Assembly (NCBI GenBank): GCA_964016885.1
Contig: OZ024742.1
Location: forward strand, 344,100,001-344,164,000
Origin: Eledone cirrhosa
Taxonomy: Eukaryota
Reading direction: 5' to 3'
DNA length: 64,000 nucleotides
A program made the position numbers and the translations under genes. The notes under the pieces were generated by a model that was not told the origin of the DNA, made no database searches, and was given only the letters and a program-made list of their open reading frames with translations. Numbering within the stretch: position 1 is the stretch's first letter; the number at the start of each line of letters is the position of its first letter. Of this stretch, positions 26,920 to 41,450 are shown piece by piece.

Positions 26920-28763
26920 TATTTCAGAGCATTTATTCCAATTTCTAATTTCTGCCGGACCGGCAACCGCTCTTTCAAACCAGTTCCTGTACACAGCTAA
27001 GTATTCTATAAGTCTCTAGCTGTGTCATTCTCGATAAAAGCACTGGATATGTAGTCCTGATGATTTCTAACAAGAATGAAACGCGTAGATTACTTCCCTT
27101 GCTTTTATCGAGAATCTAATTGTAATACGTGACGTATTCTATTCTATAGCGATTAGGTCTTCAAAATGTTTATTATAAACATACAGAATATTTTCGAATA
27201 TTCTATGTCTATATTCACATATATATCGCTATTTCAGAGCATTTATTCCAATTTCTAATTTCTGCCGGACCGGCAACCGCTCTTTCAAACCAGTTCCTGT
27301 ACACAGCTAAGTATTCTATAAGTCTCTAGCTGTGTCATTCTCGATAAAAGCACTGGATATGTAGTCCTGATGATTTCTAACAAGAATGAAACGCGTAGAT
27401 TACTTCCCTTGCTTTTATCGAGAATCTAATTGTAATACGTGACGTATTCTATTCTATAGCGATTAGGTCTTCAAAATGTTTATTATAAACATACAGAATA
27501 TTTTCGAATATTCTATGTCTATATTCACATATATATCGCTATTTCAGAGCATTTATTCCAATTTCTAATTTCTGCCGGACCGGCAACCGCTCTTTCAAAC
27601 CAGTTCCTGTACACAGCTAAGTATTCTATAAGTCTCTAGCTGTGTCATTCTCGATAAAAGCACTGGATATGTAGTCCTGATGATTTCTAACAAGAATGAA
27701 ACGCGTAGATTACTTCCCTTGCTTTTATCGAGAATCTAATTGTAATACGTGACGTATTCTATTCTATAGCGATTAGGTCTTCAAAATGTTTATTATAAAC
27801 ATACAGAATATTTTCGAATATTCTATGTCTATATTCACATATATATCGCTATTTCAGAGCATTTATTCCAATTTCTAATTTCTGCCGGACCGGCAACCGC
27901 TCTTTCAAACCAGTTCCTGTACACAGCTAAGTATTCTATAAGTCTCTAGCTGTGTCATTCTCGATAAAAGCACTGGATATGTAGTCCTGATGATTTCTAA
28001 CAAGAATGAAACGCGTAGATTACTTCCCTTGCTTTTATCGAGAATCTAATTGTAATACGTGACGTATTCTATTCCATAGCGATTAGGTCTTCAAAATGTT
28101 TATTATAAACATACAGAATATTTTCGAATATTCTATGTCTATATTCACATATATATCGCTATTTCAGAGCATTTATTCCAATTTCTAATTTCTGCCGGAC
28201 CGGCAACCGCTCTTTCAAACCAGTTCCTGTACACAGCTAAGTATTCTATAAGTCTCTAGCTGTGTCATTCTCGATAAAAGCACTGGATATGTAGTCCTGA
28301 TGATTTCTAACAAGAATGAAACGCGTAGATTACTTCCCTTGCTTTTATCGAGAATCTAATTGTAATACGTGACGTATTCTATTCTATAGCGATTAGGTCT
28401 TCAAAATGTTTATTATAAACATACAGAATATTTTCGAATATTCTATGTCTATATTCACATATATATCGCTATTTCAGAGCATTTATTCCAATTTCTAATT
28501 TCTGCCGGACCGGCAACCGCTCTTTCAAACCAGTTCCTGTACACAGCTAAGTATTCTATAAGTCTCTAGCTGTGTCATTCTCGATAAAAGCACTGGATAT
28601 GTAGTCCTGATGATTTCTAACAAGAATGAAACGCGTAGATTACTTCCCTTGCTTTTATCGAGAATCTAATTGTAATACGTGACGTATTCTATTCTATAGC
28701 GATTAGGTCTTCAAAATGTTTATTATAAACATACAGAATATTTTCGAATATTCTATGTCTATA

Positions 28764-28768
<5 letters not shown>
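26918..28768 (+). repeat. retrozyme-like 310-bp tandem array, right arm (~6 units, reverse complement of the left arm); HHR on the plus strand
   Basis: Reverse-complement units with period 310. HHR cores start at 27051, 27361, 27671, 27981, 28291 and 28601. One substitution noticed (~28075). Ends in (TA)n. Confidence 0.95.
27027..27115 (+). ncRNA. type I hammerhead ribozyme of the 310-bp unit (representative copy) with extended stem I
   Basis: attctcgataaaagca-ctggatat-gtagtc-CTGATGA-t(ttct aaca agaa)t-GAAAC-GC-GTA-gattac-ttccct-tgcttttatcgagaat. Stem III is palindromic ACGCGT, the cleavage triplet is GUA, and stem I extends into a 16-bp perfect distal helix. Positions 10.1/11.1 are U-U. Confidence 0.85.
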
Positions 28769-28801
<33 letters not shown>

Positions 28802-29249
28802 AAAGAATAGAGGTGTAACACACAAGTTATGATATATTGGTAAACGGAATAGAAAATGCTGACAAATTGTTCACAGTGAAAAATAGTTTAATGATAGATG
28901 TAACAACTTCCCCGCTTCAAGGGGAGAGCAAGGTAATTTCCATTTTCTCAACTCTCGCTTCCACAATACACAACAAACCCACACCACACGATACAACCAA
29001 CAACGTAGGCCACCTATAACACCACAATCCATCATGGCACATGGAAACACACACCCATACTCGCAGTACAGGAACATCCCATTCAATCTACAACCACCAA
29101 CCCGAACCACATTTTACAACAACAAGGAATATAACAAACACAGGAGACCACTTAACATCAGCAGACAACCCCTCTACCCCAACCATTTTTTAGACACAGC
29201 ACACAGATACAGGCAAACAAAATAACACAAGACAGGGAGGAGAAACCGA

Positions 29250-31503
29250 TAGTAATAAAAATTATCAATCTTACTAGTGCAGAACCAACACCCAACCTTA
29301 TCAACTTACTCTCCAAATGTCTTAAATTCACACCGACCCCACTACGTCCTAACTACTATGAAATGAAGGAAGACATCACAGGCTTCTGTAGAAAGTTACG
29401 ACTCAGTGAACAACTATTCGACCAGTACAATGAGGATGAATCATTAGCCAGAAATAGAAGCAATTACACCCCATCAAAAGGTAGAAATAAAATCCTGGAC
29501 GAATTCTGTGAACACATCACAAACTTCCCTTACCAACACTTGCACAGACAAAAACACAAACCAAACCCCAACAAGAAAGAATGGGAAGAATTAAATAGAT
29601 TAAAAATCGACAGAACCATTACAATTAAAGAGGCTGATAAAGGGAGTACAGTAGTCCTAATGGAGACAGAATTCTATATCAACTTAGCGCTCTCCACTTT
29701 GGAAAACGAAACATACTACGAAAAGGCTGAACACTACAATCAACAGAAAATTATGAGAAACCTAAAAACTCTGATCAACCAATACAAAGAAGGACTCACT
29801 AACAAGGAATTCAGCTTCATCACAGACTTCACAAATAAATCCAGCCTTTTCTACGGTATCCCTAAAGTACATAAAAGCGAATTAATAAGTAAGGCATGCA
29901 AGGAAGCCACAGACATAGTCATCAATGTCCCCTCACCCAATGATCTCAAATTAAGACCTATAATAGCAGGCCCCGCTTGCGAAACCCACCACCTCAGCAA
30001 CTTCATTGATATCCTTCTCAAGCCTTTTCTCAAACACATAAAAGCTATATAAGGGACGACCTAGATATGCTCAATCACCTCCCTAATATGCCACTTTCTG
30101 AACAAACCCTACTAGTGACGTTCGATGTAGTCAACCTATACTCCAACATCCGCCACAACCTAAGAATAGAAGCTATCCAATTCTGGCTGGATAATTACCA
30201 CAATGAACTCCCACAACGCATCAAAAAAGAATTCGTGATAGAGGGACTCAAATTTATCTTGGAGAACAATTACTTCGTTTTCAATAACAAACCCTACAGG
30301 CAGAAATCTGGGACCGCCATGGGTACGAAAACAGCCCCCACTTATGCCAACCTAGTCATGGGTTACCTGGAAATCACCCTCTACACTAAAGTCCTAAACA
30401 AATTTGGAAACACTCTCCACTTACACATAGAAAGGAACTGGAAGCGATATCTAGATGACTGCTTCATCCTTTGGCACGAAAACATCGAGAAACTTAAAGA
30501 ATTTCACACCCTTATAAATGGGCTCAACACGAATATTAACTTCACGATGGAATACAGCCATCAACAACTCCCCTTCCTCGACATCCTCATTAAGATCCAT
30601 AACAAAAAAATAGAAACAGACATACACTACAAGCCCACAGACTCCAAGCAATATCTTCCTTTCAACTCTTGCCACCCTAGACACGTTAAAATTAATATTC
30701 CCTACAACTTAGCCAAGAGAATCTGTACTATAGTCTGCAATAAAAACACCTGCTACTTACGGCTACAAGAACTAAAGGACACACTCATAGGCAAGGACTA
30801 CCCTGCATCACTAATTGACAATGGAATCCAACGTGCCCTAAAACTCAGTACCCAGGACCTTAGACACCCTAAAGTAAATCAACCGAAACTAAAAGCTCTT
30901 CCATACATCTCCACACACAACCCCCTCAACAATGAGGCCTTTGACACCATCCTCCAGAACATCCCTGTGTTGAAAAGGGACCATAGAATGAACCAAATCC
31001 TACGAACACACGATATCATAAAGAGCAAAAGACAATCTAAGTCAATGAAAAACATACTAACACATGCCAAAGTACTGTCAACCACAACAACGAAACCCAC
31101 AGTAAAAAAATGCGATAGACCCAACTGTGGCATTTGCATCAACCTAATAGAGGGTTCGGAATTCTATTTCAAAGAAGGACAACGTTTTATAGTAAAACAC
31201 AATTTCACATGCACATCAGATATATATGTATTAACTTGCTCAGGTTGTCGAGAACAATACATAGGCCAGACCAAAAACAGCCTCCGCCAACGCATGACTG
31301 TCCATAGATCCCAAATTAAAATACGGGAATACAGGAAAATACCACTGAGTGAACACATTGATACATGTGCCGCCCAAAATCATCCCAACTTCAGAATCTT
31401 TCCCCTCTACAAATTTAAAGATAATGCCACCCACACCCAGCGCATCAGCAAGGAATCTTACTTTATTAACAAATACGGACCCCGTCTAAACACTTCTCCC
31501 TAA
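29250..31503 (+). pseudogene. PLE reverse transcriptase plus GIY-YIG endonuclease, frameshifted near 30045
   Basis: Motifs INL..LLSKCLKFTP, IKEADKGS, FYGIPKVHK, LRPIIAG, TFDVVNLYSNI, GTAMGTKTAPTYANLVMG, RYLDDCF, LPFLDI, CDRPNCGIC linker zinc finger, IYVLTC..C..QYIGQT, KESYFI..LN. Split into ORFs 29363-30052 and 30067-31503. Confidence 0.93.
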
Positions 31504-32346
31504 GACGAACCCACAACATACACACGTCAACATACATACCTACATCAGCATACATCTCTACCCACATATAAACACAATGACATACGTAAACACACATGTT
31601 CTATGGTGCAACACAAATATACACAAATTTACATACCTTTTGATGTCTATAGATATAAACGTGCCGACACACACACATACATAAACGCACACATGCATTG
31701 CACACTGATGGGCACATGCATATTTGTGCACAGGTATTCCAATACGGCAAGGCCTAATGTATTCCCCTTGCAGTACGTACAATCTGGACACACTCCAGAT
31801 ACATATTTGTGCACAGGTATACAATTTCTGGAACACTCCAGATACATGTGTACAGTTTGTGCATAGGTATACAATTTGTGCACAGGTATACAATTTCTGG
31901 ACACACTCCAGATACATATTTGTGCACAAGTATTCCAATACGGCAAGGCCTAATGGATCCCCCTTGCAGTACGTACAATCTGGACACACTCACACACACC
32001 TTGGTATTATTCCAATACTATATATCATTTCACACCTTTTATTATTAAGGTGTTTGATGTTCTATTAAGAGAATCGATTTTACTGAAAATATCGAATAAT
32101 GTACACCATTTTAACAGAAATAAATACTGATCCCCCCCACACACATTCTCTCTCACACACACACACATATATACACACACACATACACACGCGTACATTA
32201 ACATACAAAGACACACACACACACACACACACACACTTCTCCGTATAAGACAAGAGCTGAAAAAATATCTTTTAACATGTTAAAATATCCCCCACACACT
32301 TACAGACACATTCCTACTGACCATCCCTCTACCACGAATTACTCTG

Positions 32347-32404
<58 letters not shown>

Positions 32405-32596
32405 TCTCTCTCACACACACACACACATATATACACACGCGTACATTAACATACAAAGAGACATACACACACACAGACACACACACTTCTCCGTATAAGA
32501 CAAGAGCTGAAAAAATATCTTTTAACATGTTAAAATATCCCCCACACAGTTACAGACACATTCCTACTGACCATCCCTCTACCACGAATTACTCTG

Positions 32597-32681
<85 letters not shown>

Positions 32682-33035
32682 TCTTAATAGGCATTTGAAC
32701 TGTCAACAGGCTGCGGTTCGCACACACATCCCTGCTGACCATTATCACAACAACGAAACTCTTTACTACACACACACACACACATATTTGTTGTGAAAGA
32801 CTTATCTCTCAGTCAGCCGACACAAACCTACATTTGGCGCAAAATCAATTTTTTACATTCACATGACCTCTACCGACCAATCAAAATTGTTTTGACCACA
32901 AGAATTTTTGCAACACGAATTGGCGCAAAACTTATTTTAATACCGCTGGAGCCACTTTTTTAACATAAAAACAGGTAGAATTCCCAAAACTAATCAGATC
33001 AGAGCAAACATCACGGACGCTCTATCTCAAAATTA

Positions 33036-33071
33036 TTTTTGAAAAGCATTAGAAATGCGAAACCGATAAAA
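33036..33071 (+). ncRNA. type I hammerhead, U3-A8 core variant, in the PLE-1 pLTR (this copy has a stem III mismatch)
   Basis: ttt-TTGAAAA-gcatt(aga)aatgc-GAAAC-CG-ATA-aaa. The paralog at 41249-41285 has an intact ACCGGT-A stem III. Confidence 0.55.
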
Positions 33072-33179
33072 CTTAAAACCAAAACTTAATACTAACCAAT
33101 ACTATTACTAATTATCACTTATTCCTAATTAAACTATTTTTCACTGTGAACAATTTGTCAGCATTTTCTATTCCGTTTA

Positions 33180-33251
<72 letters not shown>

Positions 33252-33899
33252 CTTTGTGATTAGAGCTTATGATTTTGTTAAATTATCAACCTTAAAAATA
33301 CGTCATGTGTGCTTGTGTTTGTATATTTATACATATATATCCGTCTGTAACTTTAAAATTTGCACATACTTATACACACTGCATTTCCTATCTCAGTCAT
33401 TTGCAACAATAAGATGTTCACTTTCCATTCACAAGATCCTGGATTCTCACCTTACATTTGTCCCTGTAAATAGTTATATGCCCAAAGTTACTCATACCTC
33501 TAATCCTATGTCATTTGTACATATATGCTGAACATTTATATCCTAGAAGTAAATGTTTTAATATCATTTCATGTTTAATTTTTTCCAGCTGCCCGTCTGA
33601 GGAATGAACCCCGTGAGGCGGGGTAGCTGTTGCAACAGGTCTCACTGGCTATCGTCCGCGGAAATGCTTTTGCGGTTTTGTTGGTGGTACGCAGACCCAA
33701 CACAGCCACACGCTAGGTCAAGACCCCATCACCCTCTCCCCTTCTCCCAACCTTATGTGGCCCTAGAGTCCTTGCTTTTCTCCTTCATTTGTCACATTAA
33801 TCACTATCATACTAAACACACAAAATTTGTCAAGTGAACTTCATCATCTGACATCACGTGACATTCCAGTCATCTAGTTATATACGACATTTCAATCTA

Positions 33900-34075
33900 A
33901 AGTCTGTTTTAAGCCAGGAGGCTGGCGTTTATTCCGGTTTCATGGCGTGAAGCGACTGAGAGTACAAGTCTTCCCCCTGGACAGGACGCCAGTCCATCTT
34001 AAGGTTAGATCCCCAGCTATTACAAGTACTAATTTTCAGCAGATTATAGTGGAGCAACGTGAAAATGAAGTGTTA
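33900..34075 (-). mobile_element. SINE family B, partial
   Basis: Reverse complement matches 21260-21445 (aagtctgttttaagccaggaggct..ggacaggacgccagtccatc..ggagcaacgtgaaa). Confidence 0.75.
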
Positions 34076-34147
34076 CATATCAATCCAAGAATGAAATATC
34101 TTTAACGCTATTGCCGACATTGTTGGCGGCACTGATCCACTAATTAT

Positions 34148-34322
34148 ACTGGTTAAATTCCATTATAAAGAATACCATTATAACGAATTTTTCAGTATAA
34201 CGAAATTTTCTCAAAACCCGGCCACACGCTCTATGTGTTAGGTCGATCTAGTGATAAACAATTTTTCGTTACAACGAATCTTTTTTTAATACCCCGTGAA
34301 TTTCGTTATAACGGAATTTCAC

Positions 34323-34326
<4 letters not shown>
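34148..34326. mobile_element. Tc1/pogo(Tigger)-type MITE
   Basis: Imperfect TIRs ta-ctggttaaattccattataa / ttataacggaatttcacgg-ta, with internal ttataacgaa sub-repeats. Confidence 0.55.
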
Positions 34327-34357
<31 letters not shown>

Positions 34358-34444
34358 GGAAAAAATGAAATGAAATTTCATTTGTCCCTCTTAGTACGGC
34401 CGTTATTTATACATACTTATATATATATATATATATATATATAA

Positions 34445-34662
34445 GGATCGATCGACTTTCGTCAAATCGGACCGAGGAAACAATGTTTCCATCGGTCTTT
34501 CCAATTGCTAATACTATCTATCGGTCGCAACTCCAGGTAGAAGGAGCAACGTGAAATAAAATGTCTTGCTCAAGGACATAACGCATCGACCGGTCCAGGA
34601 CTCGAACTCACAACCTCAAGATTGTGAATCCAATTCTCTAAACACTCAGCCACACGCCTTCA
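34445..34662 (-). mobile_element. tRNA-derived SINE, family C (second copy at 55586-55808)
   Basis: Minus strand gtgtggctgagtgtttag..gagttcgagtcc..gtccttgagcaagaca..ttcacgttgctcc; closely matches 55586-55808. Confidence 0.75.
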
Positions 34663-34826
34663 CCAATATATATATATATATATATAGTTGTTATATAGTA
34701 AGGTGAATTATTGGTTGTGTAAAATGGTCCAATAACTTTATGTTAGCAATATTAAGTTCTCCACGCTTTTGTATATCTCCAATTCCATTCAAGAGTAAAG
34801 CTAGATGATGTAAAACGGAGTATAAG

Positions 34827-37280
<2,454 letters not shown>

Positions 37281-38080
37281 TATATATATATATATATATA
37301 TATGGTTTCTAGTTGTATTCTAAAGCAAATTTGGGGCTGCTGAACTTTCTTTCGCATTGAAGGTATCCCATCACACATGCAGACACACACATACACACAC
37401 AAACATACATAGACAGGCACGCACACACACATACATACACACACACACACACTACACACACACATACTACACACAGACACACACACACACAAGCATACAC
37501 AGACAGGCACGTACACACACATACACACACACACACTCAATACACATAAACACACACACTTACACAGGCAGGCACACACACACCTACACACTCACAAACA
37601 CAAACACAAACACACACATACACAGACAGTCACGCACACACACACATACAGACACATATACACATACGCACATACACACACAAACACACACACACACATA
37701 CACACACTCACATACATACACACACGCACATACATACACACACACATACACACCAACACACACATACACAGACAGTCACACACACATACGCAGACGGGCA
37801 CGCACACACACATATACACATATACACATATACACACACATAAACACACACATACACACACAGACACACACACACAGCCACACACACATACACAAACGAT
37901 TAACAATATTCTCAAAATTTAATAAGTGATGTTATGCCCCCCCCCCCCGCCCTCCAATCAGCCCTGATTTGGCAGACATATCAAATTTATTCCATTAGGA
38001 CTACAAGGTACACTCAATAGGTTTTGGGAGTTTTTCTTTTCAGGCCCTTTTAATTGACTTACATAAATGTCACTCTAATA

Positions 38081-38245
38081 CAGTCATGGGCAAATTGCGG
38101 ACCGAGAGCCGCATGTGGCCCGTTTGGCTTTCTGAATTGTACGCCTAATTTCAAAATTGCATTGACAATTTTTAGTAGTGTGGTTCACCTTACAATGAGC
38201 CACATCCTATGCGGCCCACTGCTTGAAATCGTTTGCCCATACCTG
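38081..38245. mobile_element. hAT (Charlie/MER58-like) MITE
   Basis: TIRs cagtcatgggcaaa / tttgcccatacctg, internal gcggccc motifs, and an 8-bp TSD ctctaata / ctctaatg. Confidence 0.85.
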
Positions 38246-38711
38246 CTCTAATGCATACTTGATATGGTTATAATAACCTAACGTTGAACATATTACATTC
38301 TTCAGGTATGATTTAAGGAACGGATTTCATTGCTAAAGCTTCTAGGTGGAGCTACTGTGTAGAGGCTCCCTTGTTGACTCACGACTGAATATGTTATGTA
38401 ATAACAGTCATTCGTTGAAAAAAAAATTGACTGAAAAGAGTTAGCATACTTTACACTGAAATGATATATGTTAAAGTAAGCAAGAATAGTATCTAGGATA
38501 GGGGTTAGGAAAATGTGAATTAGGGGTATAACAGGGGGTAGTATGATAACCAAATAACATAATTAAACCGACAACAACAACAAAGAATCTACTAATTAGC
38601 CAATATAATTGTATTGAAGATAGACTTAAGAGTGTCGAGGAATTTTATATAAAATTAATTAGTCATCTGTTTCATGACCTGACATATCATTTCTATTTTT
38701 CTTGTAAAGAA

Positions 38712-38766
<55 letters not shown>

Positions 38767-38789
38767 GTAATAATAATAATAATAATAAC

Positions 38790-38821
<32 letters not shown>

Positions 38822-38855
38822 AGTTGCATTTACATAAAGCAAGATAAATGCAACT

Positions 38856-38887
<32 letters not shown>

Positions 38888-39083
38888 GTTTACTTAATTC
38901 TTGCTAGTATCTTATCCATTTTGATGTTGTTTATGCCACTCCTTCTCTTAGTAGCTCCCTTTCGTTTTAACAATCAGTCTATATATCCGTCTCTCTAACA
39001 ACTATTACTATCTATCTATTACTCTAGTTATTTATCTGTTCTTAGTCTCTTAAAGTTCGTTATCTATCTGTCTGACTGTCCCC

Positions 39084-39169
<86 letters not shown>

Positions 39170-39339
39170 TTTCTTCTTCTTCTTCTTCTTCTTCTTCTTC
39201 TTCTTCTTCTTCTTCTTCTTCTTCTTCTTCTTCTTGTAAATGAGAATCATTAACGATAGTATTTTAAGAAGTAGAGAAACCAAAACTCACAACCGGCTAC
39301 CATAAACAAACAGACACACGCCAAAGTGATAAAGCAAAG

Positions 39340-39490
39340 ATGGCTAAAAAATTGGACGGGAAAAACGTAAACGTTGATTTAATTCTACGGGAACTGAAAC
39401 ACAATGGCCGCTACAACATCGTACAGTTGATTATACTGTCATTAAACATGTTGTCTCAACCGGCAAATATTCTAGCTGTCCTCTTCATAG
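39340..39490 (+). CDS. SLC22-family organic cation/anion transporter-like, exon 1
   Basis: MAKKLDGKNVNVDLILRELKHNGRYNIVQLIILSL...VLFI(G) matches the SLC22 N-terminal D.IL..LG..GRY(Q) motif plus TM1. Phase-1 donor G|gtaaga. Confidence 0.85.
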
Positions 39491-39622
39491 GTAAGACACC
39501 ATATCACAGCTTTTTTACTTTATTTAACAAATTGTATATATATATATATATATATATTTTAACTTCATTCCCTAACCTTCTCACACTACACTTACGTCTA
39601 TCTGTTTTCTCCTAATCCAACC

Positions 39623-39658
39623 TTTCCTGAAGAAGGGCTTCTGTCCGAAACGTTGAAA
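39623..39658 (+). ncRNA. minimal type I hammerhead ribozyme (same style as 24451), in SLC22 intron 1, sense orientation
   Basis: tttc-CTGAAGA-a-ggg(cttctg)tcc-GAAAC-GTT-gaaa. Confidence 0.65.
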
Positions 39659-39802
39659 CCTCCACTTCCTCCAAGGGTGAACATAATATAGCTGTGTAAA
39701 ATTGCCTCATCTGTTCTGTTGGTTTCATTTATTAGCTATATACATACACAAACACACAAACTCACACACACAATCACACACAAACAAACAAACAGACATA
39801 CA

Positions 39803-39899
<97 letters not shown>

Positions 39900-40205
39900 A
39901 CACATATATATTTATAGTTCGAAATAACAAATAAACAAACAAATGCAAGAGTAAATGGTACCTGGTGTTATTAGCTTCACGTTTGATGAGAGTAGGGATG
40001 GATATGTAAGTTCTGGTGAAGTCTGAGGGGTCCCGCAGTGACATATGGCGTGTTTCAGTTTGTAAACAACCGATTTCTTCCAGCGGAGGGGGAGAAAGAG
40101 AGAGTGAGAAAGAGCGAGCGTGAGAGAGGAAGAGAGTGAGAGAGAGAGAGAGAAAAACGAACGTGAGAGAAGAAGAGAGAGGAAGAGAGAGAGATGAAGA
40201 GAGAG

Positions 40206-40269
<64 letters not shown>

Positions 40270-40297
40270 TAATAGGAGTGAACTGGTATGTTTTTTA

Positions 40298-40435
40298 TGG
40301 ATTGGCAGTATCGGTAGAGAGTCGGACGCCATGCTTTGCAGCATAGAGTTACGGCCCTTTATGACCTGTATTCAAATCCCGCCGAGGTTAACTGTGCCTT
40401 TCATCCTTACGGGAGTTGATAAAATAAAGTACAAA
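40298..40435 (+). mobile_element. SINE family A, truncated
   Basis: tggattggcagtatcggtagagagtcggacgcc..ttcaaatcccgccgaggttaac..gataaaataaagtac. Confidence 0.8.
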
Positions 40436-40863
40436 TAAAGAGCAAAAGACAATCTAAGTCAATGAAAAACATCCTAACACATGCCAAAGCACTGCTAACC
40501 ACAACAATGAAACCCACAGTAAAAAAATGCGGTATATATGACAATACTATACATCATTTCACCTCTTTTGTTATTGATGTTATTGATGTTCTTTTGAGAG
40601 AATCGTTTTTGCAAATGACTGATAATATCGAATAATGTACGCCATTTTTACCAGTACCACAAAAATACTGGTCCATCCACACACGCACGCATGCACACGC
40701 GCACACTAACATACAGACAGACATACACACACAGTTCTCCGTATAAGACAAGAGCTGAAAAAATGTTTCAACATGTTAAAATAACCCCCCCCCCCACATA
40801 CACACGTACACGCATTACTACTGACCGATTCATTTCCATTATCACAACAATGAACCACTTTGC

Positions 40864-40908
<45 letters not shown>

Positions 40909-41432
40909 TTGTCTTAATAGACACCTGAACTGTTGACCTCTCAACATGACTGCAACTCAATCAAGCGGAAAAGGACACTCTTCGACAAATCTACATTTGG
41001 TGCGAAACCAGTTCGCGCTAAAATCAATTTAAACATTAACGTGACTCATACCGACCAATCAAATTGTTTTGACTACAATAATTTTTGCAACACGAATTGG
41101 CGCGAAATTTATAGTGCTTATTCACGTGACATTCAACAACCAACCAAATTTTAATACCTTCCAAGCCACTTTTTTCACATAAAACAGGAAGAATTTCCAA
41201 AACTAATCAGATTAGAGCAAAAATCACGAGCACTCTATCTCAAAATTATTTTTGAAAAGCATAAGAAATGCGCAACCGGTAAAAACTTAAAACTAAAACT
41301 GAATACTAACTAATACTTATTACTAATTTATACTTATTCCTAGTTAAACTATTTTTCACTGGGAAAAATTTACAGTATTTTCTTTTCCTTTTTACTAATA
41401 TATCACAACTCGTGTGCCACACCTCTATTTTT
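40436..41432 (+). mobile_element. truncated, internally deleted PLE-1 family copy
   Basis: 40436-40531 matches 31020-31114 (KSKRQSKSMKNILTHAK). The sequence then jumps to match the 3' region (~32010-33185) and the pLTR end. Confidence 0.85.
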
Positions 41433-41450
41433 TAAAATATATATATATAC

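Larger units (their letters stand above)
28800..33185 (+). mobile_element. Penelope-like element PLE-1 (Neptune-like), 5'-truncated, with an inverted pLTR fragment at its 5' end
   Basis: Contains the RT+GIY-YIG ORF. 28837-28892 is the reverse complement of 33127-33184. Both ends sit in (TA)n. Confidence 0.9.

Noticed and set aside
24599-28768. 310-bp array as rDNA, 5S, tRNA or snRNA cluster, or CRISPR
   Set aside because: No recognisable structural RNA gene, pol III boxes or spacers. The HHR explains the unit better.
33592-33676. Possible HHR ccgt-CTGAGGA...GAAATGC
   Set aside because: Stem II base and stem III/cleavage triplet do not pair convincingly; at best a decayed relic. The same applies to 42153-42185, which lacks an A in GAAA.
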